From Nitrosopumilaceae archaeon (GTDB lineage Archaea; Thermoproteota; Nitrososphaeria; Nitrososphaerales; Nitrosopumilaceae), in the NCBI GenBank assembly GCA_965207375.1, contig OZ242274.1, forward strand, positions 1,952,001 through 2,016,000: DNA of 64,000 nt. The letters run 5' to 3'. The position numbers were made by a program, and so were the translations under genes. Positions 30,914 through 40,850 of this stretch are shown here, in pieces; within the stretch, counting starts at the first letter, position 1; the number at the start of each line of letters is the position of its first letter. The notes beneath the pieces are model-generated. The model searched no databases and was not told the DNA's origin. It was given only the letters and a program-made list of their open reading frames with translations.

Positions 30914-31669
30914 ATGTTTGAGTATGTCTGGCTTGTCCCATTGGGTGTAGCAGCAGGGGTTTTAGGCTCGATGACAGGATTAGGCGGTGGAATAATCATA
31001 GTTCCGATACTGACGTTTTTTGGATTTGCCCCAACACAGGCAGCAAGCAACAGTCTGTTTGCCACATTTAGCAACGCTGCAGCCTCTACTGTCTCTTATT
31101 CCAAGCAAAAAAGAATCAACTATTCAGTTGGGCTAAAACTTGGATTATTAAGCATTCCAGGAACAATTCTGGGTGCCCTTATTTCTGCAGATGTAACTGC
31201 GGGAGTTTTTCAGTTATTGTTTAGTTTGGTGTTGATTGTATCTGGCATCTATATTTTCTTGCGAAAAAACATTGCAGGTAAGCAAAAAACTGCATCTGCT
31301 GCGATTTTGGTTTTGGTAATTGCATCTAGTTTTTTTGCAGGTATCATTTCTAGCTTCTTTGGAATAGGTGGAGGTATTGTCTTTGTACCTGTAATGGTAG
31401 TTGCAATGGCAATGTCTATGAAAAAAGCTGCGCCAACCTCTCAATTCGTATTGCTTTTTGCATCATTTTCTGGACTAGTTACACATTCTATATTGGGACA
31501 TCCAGACTTTCTTCAGGCATTGTATCTTGCAATTGGTGCATTTGCAGGAGGTATAATTGGGGCAAGGCTGTCAATAGAAATTAAAGAAAGATATCTTCAG
31601 GTTTTAATTTCGGTTGTACTATTTGTTGCTGCAGTTAAGATGATGTTTGACTCTTTTACGCTGTTTTAG
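30914..31669 (+). CDS. sulfite exporter TauE/SafE family
   Basis: two G(L/I)GGG repeats, about 8 TM helices. Confidence 0.9.
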   Translation: MFEYVWLVPLGVAAGVLGSMTGLGGGIIIVPILTFFGFAPTQAASNSLFATFSNAAASTVSYSKQKRINYSVGLKLGLLSIPGTILGALISADVTAGVFQLLFSLVLIVSGIYIFLRKNIAGKQKTASAAILVLVIASSFFAGIISSFFGIGGGIVFVPVMVVAMAMSMKKAAPTSQFVLLFASFSGLVTHSILGHPDFLQALYLAIGAFAGGIIGARLSIEIKERYLQVLISVVLFVAAVKMMFDSFTLF

Positions 31670-31780
31670 AGTCTAAAACATCCCACGTCAGATCCGCAGT
31701 ATTTATCAAGATGCAGATATAGTTGGCTTTTGTCATAAATACAGAAAGATTAAAGCAATGCCACAATTAGAAAAATTAGT

Positions 31781-32188
31781 TTGTCAGATAAAGAAGAAAT
31801 CATCAATATAGTTGAAGCATTTTTTGAGATAGGCAAAACAAAAGACCTCTCACCGCTGAGAACGATTCAATTAGATGATTCTAGATTTTCTAGTTTTAGC
31901 GACGTTCCGCCCCTTGATCTAAAAGATTTTAACACGACAATTGCATTAGAGGAGCTAAGATTTGTTAGCATTTCAGATTACAATTACAGCATTACAAATC
32001 CAAAAATTAGCATATTTGGAGATGCTGCAATAGTTGCATTTGAGCTGATGCAAAAAGGAATGCTAGTAGACAACAAGGCATTCACAGGTGAACACATAAT
32101 TATCAATGGACGGGCAACATTTGTTCTAGTAAAATATGACACTTGGAAAATAGTACACATTCATCTCTCAAAAACAGGTGACAGTTAG
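31781..32188 (+). CDS. NTF2/SnoaL-like protein
   Basis: FGDAAIVAF...RATFVLVK..WKIVHIHLS. Confidence 0.8.
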   Translation: MSDKEEIINIVEAFFEIGKTKDLSPLRTIQLDDSRFSSFSDVPPLDLKDFNTTIALEELRFVSISDYNYSITNPKISIFGDAAIVAFELMQKGMLVDNKAFTGEHIIINGRATFVLVKYDTWKIVHIHLSKTGDS

Positions 32189-32189
32189 A

Positions 32190-32990
32190 TTATTTTTTTG
32201 ATTTGGGTTCTTTGCAAAGTTTTTGATACATAGAATATGCCTCATCAACAGTTGCGTTGCCGTGAACAATTGCCTTTACGGCACGAATCATTGCAACCGG
32301 ATAGTCAGACTGCCAGATGTTTCTACCCATGTCGACGCCTACTGCGCCTGCCTTTACTGCATTGTATGTTAGATTCATGGCATCGCGTTCCGGTATTTTT
32401 TTGCCGCCTGCAACAATGACTGGAACCGGGCAAGAGTCCACAACCTTTTCAAAATGGTCACAGTGATACGTCTTGACAATGTGGGCACCTTGCTCTGCTG
32501 CAATTCGGCAAGCCAAAGACAGGTATCTTGCATCCTTTCCTAGTTCTTTGCCTACTGCTGTCACAGCTAAAACAGGAGTGCCGTATCGTTCTGCCTCGTT
32601 GACGAGTCTGCCTAAATTAACAATTGTCTGATTTTCATATTTTGAGCCTACAAATATAGACATTGCCAATGCACTAGCGTTGAGACGAATTGCGTCCTCC
32701 ACATTTACAGTTATTTGCTCTTGGGACAAATCCTCTCCGATGATGCTTGCACCTCCGGATACACGCAGTACCATGGGTACAGAGGTATTTGGGTCAACAG
32801 ATGTCCTTTGTATTCCCCTAGTCAGCATTAAAGAATCACAGTATTTTAACAGTGGAAGAATTGTTTTTTTTGTATTTTCTAATCTTTCGGTGGGGCCCAA
32901 AAAGTATCCATGATCTACTGCCAACATCAATGCACGATTATCATGCGGTTTTATTATACCTGCAATTCTATTTTGCAATCCCCAGCTCAT
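32190..32990 (-). CDS. lsrF: class I aldolase/thiolase, LsrF family
   Basis: AVDHGYFLGP, VKTY Schiff-base Lys, AGGKK, DMGRNIWQ. Confidence 0.8.
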   Translation of the reverse strand: MSWGLQNRIAGIIKPHDNRALMLAVDHGYFLGPTERLENTKKTILPLLKYCDSLMLTRGIQRTSVDPNTSVPMVLRVSGGASIIGEDLSQEQITVNVEDAIRLNASALAMSIFVGSKYENQTIVNLGRLVNEAERYGTPVLAVTAVGKELGKDARYLSLACRIAAEQGAHIVKTYHCDHFEKVVDSCPVPVIVAGGKKIPERDAMNLTYNAVKAGAVGVDMGRNIWQSDYPVAMIRAVKAIVHGNATVDEAYSMYQKLCKEPKSKK

Positions 32991-33150
32991 TTGTCATCGA
33001 TTTTGACATGCCTTTCTTAAGCCTTTCTTATTGAGTTTCTGTCTTGTCTCAATTTGCCCCTAGTGCAAATTGCCAATGTGGTATATCCTAAATATGACAA
33101 ATCACACATGACACCACCACATGTTTGGTCTTTTAATCAGCAAAATAAAA

Positions 33151-33225
33151 CGGGCCCGACCGGATTCGAACCGGCGACCTAACGCTCCGCAAGCGTTCGC
33201 ACTATCCATGCTATGCAACGAGCCC
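33151..33225 (-). tRNA. tRNA-Arg(GCG)
   Basis: GGGCTCG/CGGGCCC-G; AACGC-TTGCGGA-GCGTT; GGTTCGAATCC. Confidence 0.93.
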
Positions 33226-33484
33226 AAAAAGGTTACAATCTTTAGGCTTAATGTGGATTGCGATTAAAATTCTAAACGTCTTTATGTTTGTTAAAAGACT
33301 TGGCTCAAATGTTACTGAAATACATGTTGTGATAATTTTGTGTGCACGTGCTCTGAATTTTTTGTATCATGTTTTGTATTGCCCTCTGTAAAATATGCAC
33401 ATATAGATTCATCCACATGTGTGTTTGCCAAAAATCATGCATGTTGAAACAATTTTAGACGGTATGGATAATTTTATCAGCAGA

Positions 33485-34216
33485 TCATGCTTCTTTTTGT
33501 GCCTTTGCTACAAAAACATAATTCATGATTAGGCCTGCAATGATGCCTCCAAGAATTGGGGCTGCCCAATATAACCAATGAAATTCCCAGAATCCTGAAA
33601 TGAGTGCAGGACCAAAGGTTCTTGCAGGATTTACAGATGCTCCAGTTAATGGAACACCTACCAAGTGAATTAAAAATGCCATTCCACCAATAGTAAAGCC
33701 GTGCCATCCAGGAGATGCCTTTTTGTGAACGGCAGTCATAAAAATTACTGTAACTAGGAAAAATGTCAAAATTGCTTCTACTGCAAATCCTGAGCTAACA
33801 CTGTTATTGAGAAGGTCACTAGGTCCGCCTTGAGTTGCAAAGTTTACCTTGGCACCAAGTTCTGGCAATATTACTTTAAGTGATGCAGCAGCTGCTACTG
33901 CACCAATTAACTGGAAAGCGATATACATCACGCCGTCGGTAATACCTATTTTACGTGTAATCATCATCGGAATTGTAACTGCAGGGTTGATGTGAGCACC
34001 TGAGACATGTCCAAATGCGTAGATCATCAATGCTATGATACCTCCATGGCCCAAAGAAATGAACAGGACAGATATGGTTGTTAATTCTTCACCAAAAGAT
34101 GCGATGGCCAAAATTACAGACAGTGGTCCAAAAAATACTAGAGCATAAGTTGAGATCGCCTCTGCAAGCCATGCTCTCGGATTAGTCATTATACGTTCAG
34201 CCAAAAAATGTTCCAT
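33485..34216 (-). CDS. MIP-family aquaporin
   Basis: SGAHINPAVT and NPART motifs; start may be 34189. Confidence 0.93.
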   Translation of the reverse strand: MEHFLAERIMTNPRAWLAEAISTYALVFFGPLSVILAIASFGEELTTISVLFISLGHGGIIALMIYAFGHVSGAHINPAVTIPMMITRKIGITDGVMYIAFQLIGAVAAAASLKVILPELGAKVNFATQGGPSDLLNNSVSSGFAVEAILTFFLVTVIFMTAVHKKASPGWHGFTIGGMAFLIHLVGVPLTGASVNPARTFGPALISGFWEFHWLYWAAPILGGIIAGLIMNYVFVAKAQKEA

Positions 34217-34241
34217 TTAAAACATTCGAACTAGATATGCC

Positions 34242-34322
34242 TAAGAGACAGGGTTTGCCGATCACTTATTTTGATTCTAGGCACTGTTGACATAAACTCA
34301 CCATGTCGAATCTAGCCTCTTA
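34242..34322. repeat. MITE-like repeat family B, copy 2
   Basis: TAAGAG...ATCTAGCCTCTTA; right end is the reverse complement of the 5763 left end. Confidence 0.45.
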
Positions 34323-34402
34323 CTATACCATCAAGATTTTCTAAAATACTAGACAAGACAATATTAAAAAATAATTAATTAGGCATAATACAAACACAGA
34401 AT

Positions 34403-34864
34403 ATGATTAAAGAGGGTGCAAGTGTACCAAAATTTGTAGTAAAAGACGCACGTGGAAAAACCGTAAAATCTTCAGATTTTAAGGGCAAAAAGCATGTATT
34501 TTATTTTTATCCAAAAGATTTTACACCGGGATGCACTACAGAGGCAGATGAATTCTCAAGAGATTATCAGAAATTCATAAAGGCAGGTATTGAAATTGTC
34601 GGTATTAGTCCAGATGACGTAGATTCACACAAAAAATTCTGTGACAAGATGAATATCAAATATCCTCTTTTGGCAGACACTCAAAAAGAGATATCCAAGT
34701 CCTTTGGAGTATGGGGGCTAAAAAAATTCATGGGTAAAGAGTACATGGGAGTTGTACGAAGTACGTTTTTGGCAGATGAGAAAGGTAAAATCTTCAAAGT
34801 ATTTCCAAAGGTAAAGCCTGCAGGTCATGCCAAAGAGGTTCTAGAATCATTTGATATAAAATAA
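34403..34864 (+). CDS. bcp: peroxiredoxin (BCP/PrxQ)
   Basis: FYPKDFTPGCTTE. Confidence 0.9.
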   Translation: MIKEGASVPKFVVKDARGKTVKSSDFKGKKHVFYFYPKDFTPGCTTEADEFSRDYQKFIKAGIEIVGISPDDVDSHKKFCDKMNIKYPLLADTQKEISKSFGVWGLKKFMGKEYMGVVRSTFLADEKGKIFKVFPKVKPAGHAKEVLESFDIK

Positions 34865-34885
34865 GTAAAAAGAAGTTTTTGGGGG

Positions 34886-35893
34886 TTAGAAACCCTTTGG
34901 CAACGTACCCCTAGACTGTGGTTTTTCTTCTGCCGGTGATTCTTGTGGCTTGAAGCCTTTTGGTAAGGTTCCACGAGTTTGAGAGGTTTTAGCTTGTGCT
35001 TGTGCGGCTGCTTGTGCGGCTGCTGCGGCATCTGCTCTTTGTTGTTCTAATCTTGCAAGATAATTTTTTTCGTAATTTTCAAGCTGCTCTTGTTTGGATT
35101 TTTCATCACGGGTACTGGTTTCAACCTGTGGTGGTGGAGCCTGTTGTGATGTTTGTTCCATGCCTTTTGGCAAAGTTCCTTTTGGTTTTGGAGACTCTGC
35201 AGGTGGCGGAGCACTTTGTGTTTCTACTGCAACACCGTCAGCCTTCATATCGTATCCTGTGAATGTTTTCTCAGGTGGATGATATGCCAATCTTGCCCTT
35301 GTTGCAAAGTATTGGTTTGAGGGCTGCGTATAGCCTGCAACCGTAGCCTTTTGTGAGTGCCAGCTCGTTGTTGTAACTGTACCTACAGGAGCAGTTCTTC
35401 TAACAAAGTATCGGTTTGGTGCTGGAGTATATCCTGTTACCTTTGCACGATACTGGTGAAAATCAGTCATGGCTGCGTTTTGATACGCATGCTCTAATGC
35501 CTGATTGACAGTGGTCGGAGAAGTGTCTGCCTGTTCTGGAGCAGTTTGTTGAGGCGTAGGTGGCTCCATTCCCTTTGGCAGTGTTGGTTTTGGTTTGGCC
35601 TCTGCCGGTGGTGGAGTTGGTTTTGTCTCTGCTGGTTTTGTTCCCTTTGGCAGTGTTGGCTTTGGTTTGGCCTCTGCCGGTGGTGGAGTTGGTTTTGTCT
35701 CTGCTGGTTTTGTTCCCTTTGGCAGTGTTGGCTTTGGTTTGGCCTCTTCTGGCTTTGCAGGTTTCTGTGTTGGTTTTGGTGGTTGTTTTGATTCAATTTG
35801 TGCAGATAGATTTGATAATTTCTTTTCTAATGCTGCAATCTTATCTTCAAGATCTTTTTTAGTCTGGCGTGTGCTTGTCTTCTTAGTAGCCAT
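34886..35893 (-). CDS. Pro/Thr/Lys-rich low-complexity protein with TLPKG motifs
   Basis: start MATKK preferred; coiled coil, six TLPKG motifs. Confidence 0.8.
   Translation of the reverse strand: MATKKTSTRQTKKDLEDKIAALEKKLSNLSAQIESKQPPKPTQKPAKPEEAKPKPTLPKGTKPAETKPTPPPAEAKPKPTLPKGTKPAETKPTPPPAEAKPKPTLPKGMEPPTPQQTAPEQADTSPTTVNQALEHAYQNAAMTDFHQYRAKVTGYTPAPNRYFVRRTAPVGTVTTTSWHSQKATVAGYTQPSNQYFATRARLAYHPPEKTFTGYDMKADGVAVETQSAPPPAESPKPKGTLPKGMEQTSQQAPPPQVETSTRDEKSKQEQLENYEKNYLARLEQQRADAAAAAQAAAQAQAKTSQTRGTLPKGFKPQESPAEEKPQSRGTLPKGF
35569..35747 (-). repeat. 72-bp tandem repeat (~2.5 copies)
   Basis: ccctttggcagtgttgg at 35571, 35643, 35715. Confidence 0.9.
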
Positions 35894-37182
35894 GTAAATT
35901 TTATACAATATACATAGTTTATTTACATTTTGATGAAGGAGGTACAAACTCTTGCCTATATTCTAGACACAGCATATGAATCGATGCGTAAATTTTGAAA
36001 AATTTGGACAAAAGCACATCTAATTAGATTTTAACGCGATCTACTCTCATATTGATCGTATATGCCAAAGATAAGAGATACGATCATATCAGATATTATA
36101 TGCGGCAAACAAAATATGTGATTTTTTTTTGTTTTGGCCAAGATGTTAGCATCATGTTCAGATTTGTGTCATTTTAGGAATTTCATGTCAAAAGTTACCA
36201 TAATTTCAAAACAACGCTAGTTGTCTTTAAACGACTGTCTAGATGTTGCAAGACTGTAATACAGTAAAGCAAAATTAATCTAAGATTTTTCAAAAAAACT
36301 AACAAGATTTTATGTGCCATATATTGTGGATAGGCCAAGTTATACAAATGTTGAGATTAATATGCAGGGTATAGTTGCAACGTCTGTTTGATTTTACAGA
36401 TTGTTTTTTGACATACTCTATCGTGTGGTGTGTTTTTAAATCAAATTAATAAAACAACTAGTGTTAAATTTTTGCCAATGAACATATTTTGGTATGAGTA
36501 CAAAATCCACATGGGCATGTATAGGATGTTTAGTTTTTATCTCTGAAATATCCTGCTAGTAATTTTAACTGCAATTACTTAATTTTACATTTTGTACATT
36601 TGATCATGTGATAGAATCTGGTTTTTTGGAGGATGTACTTTTGGATTTGTTCCTTGAAATTAATTTTCTTTTGCATGTCGTGTTTTTTATGACATGAAAA
36701 TTGAGCTTACAAAATATATCATCATAAAATGTTGTAACTTTTCTAAACACATGCAGGTATTGCAGTGTCATCCTGCAATATTTATTTCGTTTAACAGATA
36801 ACTGTTTTTAATTTAATTTATTTTTATGAATATTCTTGCTAAAATCACGTTACAGTTTGCTTGATCATAAGAGATATCCAAGTTACGTCTTGTTTGGATC
36901 ACTATGATTTGAAAAATTGATTTGTCTAGTTATCATCAGTTATAGGACATGGCATAACAACAAATTTAAAATTTACAAAATATATTTTATGTGCAATTTG
37001 ATCAATTCAAAATAAAATTTTGATTAGAAACTAAAAATTGAGTATTTTTGATTCAAAATTCGATTATACACAAGATCTAATCTCAACATTGCTAGACTAA
37101 AATTATATTGTAGTGAGTCAAGGTTGCCAAAACACGACTACAATATTGAGACAATTTGCAAGATAAGATAGTGTTGAATTTG

Positions 37183-37305
37183 TGGTCCCAAGCGAAGGAA
37201 TTGAACCTTCGACAACCCGGTTTCTGTATGCCTGATATGCTGTTTTACGGTCAGCCAGAGCCGACATCTACAGCCGGAAGCTCTACCAGGCTGAGCTAGC
37301 TTGGG
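37183..37305 (-). tRNA. tRNA-Tyr(GTA) with ~46-nt intron at 37/38, CCA encoded
   Basis: C1:G72 acceptor CCCAAGC/GCTTGGG-A-CCA; CTGT/ACAG central BHB helix. Confidence 0.92.
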
Positions 37306-37406
37306 ACAGATTTTTGGATGTACCATTGTATTAAATAACTATCGCAGATTCATTTCCGATCTTTTTTCAAGAACTGTTAAATACTAAATTCAGGATCGAT
37401 GATCCT

Positions 37407-38015
37407 GTGGCCAAACAAGAATTAACCAATGGCTATGTATGTTATCCATATAATCATACTCACGACTCTATCGAATTAAAAGAGTCTTGGGAAAAGTCTC
37501 GCAATATTGAATCGATGTATTTTGTAACGGCTACATTTTCTGGCAATAGCAAACCGTACTTTACAAACAGTTCCAATCACTATCTTCTTGCCAGATTCAA
37601 AGATAGTAACATTTTATCTGATGACGTTTCAAATCATAAGCAAAAAGAGGAATCGTTTGTTTTTAGTATAGACGATGATCTTTTTGAGCGCGAGGTTGAT
37701 GGAACCATGAACTTTGTGTCAGTATATTATCTAGAATATGGAGAATCCGGAGATGATGTTTCTGAAATTGCAAATGTTGTGGCAAAAAGAGAAAAGATAG
37801 CAAGGGCAGGAGTAGGCCACATGGATCTTTACTGTACAGAATCACCAAAATTTACTTTTCCTTACAGTAACAGCATTGTTGTTTTAGAGGTATCTAGTGA
37901 GAAAAGTCATCAAAGTGTAAACAAATATTGTGAAAAAACTAGATCAGATGTAAATCGTAGAGGATACTCGTTAACTAATTTGGTCGGATTGTCAATTCTT
38001 GAAAAACTAAAATAA
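37407..38015 (+). CDS. hypothetical protein
   Basis: 202-aa ORF. Confidence 0.75.
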   Translation: MAKQELTNGYVCYPYNHTHDSIELKESWEKSRNIESMYFVTATFSGNSKPYFTNSSNHYLLARFKDSNILSDDVSNHKQKEESFVFSIDDDLFEREVDGTMNFVSVYYLEYGESGDDVSEIANVVAKREKIARAGVGHMDLYCTESPKFTFPYSNSIVVLEVSSEKSHQSVNKYCEKTRSDVNRRGYSLTNLVGLSILEKLK

Positions 38016-38050
38016 AAAGGTTAAATATTCCACAAAAACCTGAGAACAAT

Positions 38051-38461
38051 ATGAGCAAGCCAATGGATTTAGGTTCTTTAAAAATAGGTTCTTACATCTT
38101 GCTGCCCGTAGGTGATCAAGCCACAGGAGAACCATGTAGAATTTCAGAATATGACACATCAAAACCCGGAAAGCATGGTGCTGCTAAAGCACGAATTGTA
38201 GGAGTCGGGGTGTTTGACAATCAGAAAAGACCACATGTTGGTCCGGTCAGTATGCAGGTACATGTACCACTAATCGACAAGAGGACCGGTCAGATCATCT
38301 CCATTATAGGTGAGACATATCAACTAATGGATTCTGAAACTTTTGAAACAGTTGATGTGTCACAAATAGATGATGAAATAAACGGAAAATTAGAAAACGG
38401 CCAAAATGTTGAATATTGGAAGGTAATGAATAGAACCAAAATCATGCGAATTAAAAACTAG
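38051..38461 (+). CDS. eif5A: translation factor aIF5A
   Basis: SKPGKHGAAKAR hypusination motif. Confidence 0.95.
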   Translation: MSKPMDLGSLKIGSYILLPVGDQATGEPCRISEYDTSKPGKHGAAKARIVGVGVFDNQKRPHVGPVSMQVHVPLIDKRTGQIISIIGETYQLMDSETFETVDVSQIDDEINGKLENGQNVEYWKVMNRTKIMRIKN

Positions 38462-38996
38462 TCATATTACCAATACGTTCTGTGTCAGCAAAATGCAATT
38501 ATGGCACTATCAAGTCAGCAAATTATCAATTTGAAGGTTCAGAGTTTAGAAAATAATCCAGTCATTTAATTATAGGATACGGCACATAGGCATATAGTTC
38601 TACATCAAATATGCCAATAACACAGGTTTAGTAAAAGACTGCAGTCAGGTTACAGTCTATCTTTTTTTGACACGCAAAATATGATATCTTCCAAGGATGC
38701 AGGATTCAAGAAATACAAGACACTACAGTAAGCTGACACAAAAACAGAGACTAGACAAAAGATGCTTGCTGCAAATGTATACTGTATTTGATTCTATACG
38801 TAGTTTGAGTGCTTTTTGTACGAGTGTCACCATCATGTTCAGAATTTAAGATTTTATCAAAAACAGAACTGCATCTAGTTTGGCAGAAAACTTGTGCTAC
38901 ATATGAAAAACACAATACGATACAGACGTGACGATCTTGTAAATTTTCTATCACTTGTACAATAGAGTAATTAATCAGGGCAAAATTCGATAATTA

Positions 38997-39722
38997 ATGC
39001 AAAGAGAAAAATTTCCCGAAGCTCAGGTTTTTGATATTAATCAAAAGGAGTTGAAAAATCCAATAATATTTGCAGGATTTGTGGGTGCAGGACTAGTAGG
39101 CCCATTAGCAGTAGGTCAAATAATTAAGGAATTAGAAATGGAGGAAATAGGATACATGAGATCAAAATATCTTCCACCATCAACCGTATTTTTACGAGGC
39201 CGGTTGAGACATCCGTTTCGATTTTATTCAAATAAGGAAGGTACAATATGCGCAGTAATTTGCGAGATTACACTAAGAATGAAAGGACTATACACGATAG
39301 TTGCAGAGATATTAGACTGGGCAAAATCAAAAGGATCAAACGAAATAATAATTTTAGACGGAGTTGCAAGTGATGAGCACGACGATAAAGCATACTGTGC
39401 AGCAGAAGAGGATCTGTGTAGAGTAATGGCAGACAAGGACATAAGCTTGATTCCACAAGGATTTATCACAGGAATTCCAGGAGGAATTCTAAATGAGTGT
39501 CTGGTAAGAGATATTCAAGGTATAACATTGCTAGTCAAAGCAAATAAAGAACAAACGGATCCAATTGCAGCAATTACGCTAATTAAAGCAGTAAACAGAT
39601 TGTACGAAACAAACATCAACGTAGATGATCTCAAAAAAGAGGAAGAGAAAATCGAAGAATTTCAGGAATTGTCTCAAAAATACACAGAGCATAGAGAAGA
39701 GTTATCAGGAATGTACATGTAA
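38997..39722 (+). CDS. PAC2-family proteasome assembly chaperone
   Basis: AGFVGAGLVG, GFITGIPGGIL, DP.AA. Confidence 0.85.
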   Translation: MQREKFPEAQVFDINQKELKNPIIFAGFVGAGLVGPLAVGQIIKELEMEEIGYMRSKYLPPSTVFLRGRLRHPFRFYSNKEGTICAVICEITLRMKGLYTIVAEILDWAKSKGSNEIIILDGVASDEHDDKAYCAAEEDLCRVMADKDISLIPQGFITGIPGGILNECLVRDIQGITLLVKANKEQTDPIAAITLIKAVNRLYETNINVDDLKKEEEKIEEFQELSQKYTEHREELSGMYM

Positions 39723-39759
39723 GCAAATTCTTTTATGGTTACTAGAGGGTTTTGAGTCA

Positions 39760-40776
39760 ATGGTTCTATCATACAAAAAAGCAGGAGTAGACATTTCAAA
39801 AATTAAAAAAAGTCAGGCATCAATAGGCAAACTGATAAGATCTACACACAAACTACAGAAACTAGCAAGGATAGAACATGGATTCGGACATTATGCAGGA
39901 ATCATAAAGGTTGCAGGAAAAATGTCAATTGCGACACATACAGACGGGGTGGGCACCAAGGTCCTAATTGCAAATGCCATGAAAAAATACGATACCATTG
40001 GAATAGATTGTGTAGCAATGAATGTAAATGACATTATATGTATTGGTGCAACTCCGATTGCTTTTGTAGATTATATTGCAGCCAACAAAAACGATGAGGT
40101 AATTTTTAGACAAATCGTAAAAGGTTTGGTTGCAGGAGCAAAAAAATCCAAAATGCCAATTGTTGGAGGAGAAACTGCAATTATGCCGGATCTAATTGCA
40201 GGCAAAGGGTTTTCATTTGATCTGGCAGGAATGGTTACAGGTTATGTAAATAAGGAGATGATCTTGGGAGACAAAATAAAACCAGGAGACGCAATAATTG
40301 GCGTAAAAAGTACTGGAATTCACTCCAACGGCTATTCACTGGCAAGAAAGGCACTAAAAAAATACTCTATAAAAGACAATGTCCGAGGAGTCGGAAACAT
40401 AGGCTCTGCACTGCTCAAACCAACTCAGATCTATACACAGCCAGTATTAGAAATAATTGATAAATGCAGTGTCAACGGATTGGCCCACATAACAGGTGGA
40501 GCATTTACCAAACTGTTGAGATTAAAAAATATAGGATATGAGATAGATGTCTTACCAAAAATGCCCCCAATAATGAAGCTAATTGCAGACCAAGGAGTAA
40601 AAGACGAGGAGATGTACAAGACGTTTAATATGGGAGTGGGATTTTGTGTTGTTGCCTCAAAGGAGCAAATAGACAGGATTCAGTCCATATTCAAAAGGTA
40701 TAAAATCCAGAGTCAGCAGATTGGCAGAATTGTTGCAAGGAAAGGAGTCACAGTAAACTCTAAAAAAATCGCATAA
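39760..40776 (+). CDS. purM: AIR synthase (phosphoribosylformylglycinamidine cyclo-ligase)
   Basis: SYKKAGVDI, TDGVGTK, GGETA, HSNGYSL, HITGG, FNMGVG. Confidence 0.95.
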   Translation: MVLSYKKAGVDISKIKKSQASIGKLIRSTHKLQKLARIEHGFGHYAGIIKVAGKMSIATHTDGVGTKVLIANAMKKYDTIGIDCVAMNVNDIICIGATPIAFVDYIAANKNDEVIFRQIVKGLVAGAKKSKMPIVGGETAIMPDLIAGKGFSFDLAGMVTGYVNKEMILGDKIKPGDAIIGVKSTGIHSNGYSLARKALKKYSIKDNVRGVGNIGSALLKPTQIYTQPVLEIIDKCSVNGLAHITGGAFTKLLRLKNIGYEIDVLPKMPPIMKLIADQGVKDEEMYKTFNMGVGFCVVASKEQIDRIQSIFKRYKIQSQQIGRIVARKGVTVNSKKIA

Positions 40777-40850
40777 TGTACAATACAAGGTTGATTTTTT
40801 ACAAATAATCCATCCTTATATTGCCCAATTCATGACCAAAATATGGAAAA

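Noticed and set aside
34996-35897. Repetitive Trp/Cys-rich and Val/Leu-rich alternative-frame ORFs
   Set aside because: Shadow frames of the 72-bp repeat in the Pro-rich gene.
37138-37326. 62-aa ORF
   Set aside because: Coincides with the tRNA-Tyr gene.
38470-38990. ORF 38751-38954 and surrounding intergenic DNA as a gene
   Set aside because: No motif or convincing start context; cannot be supported.
39625-39759. Long N-terminal extension of purM in the ORF track
   Set aside because: It overlaps the PAC2 gene by ~100 nt; the conserved PurM start (SYKKAGVD) follows ATG 39760.
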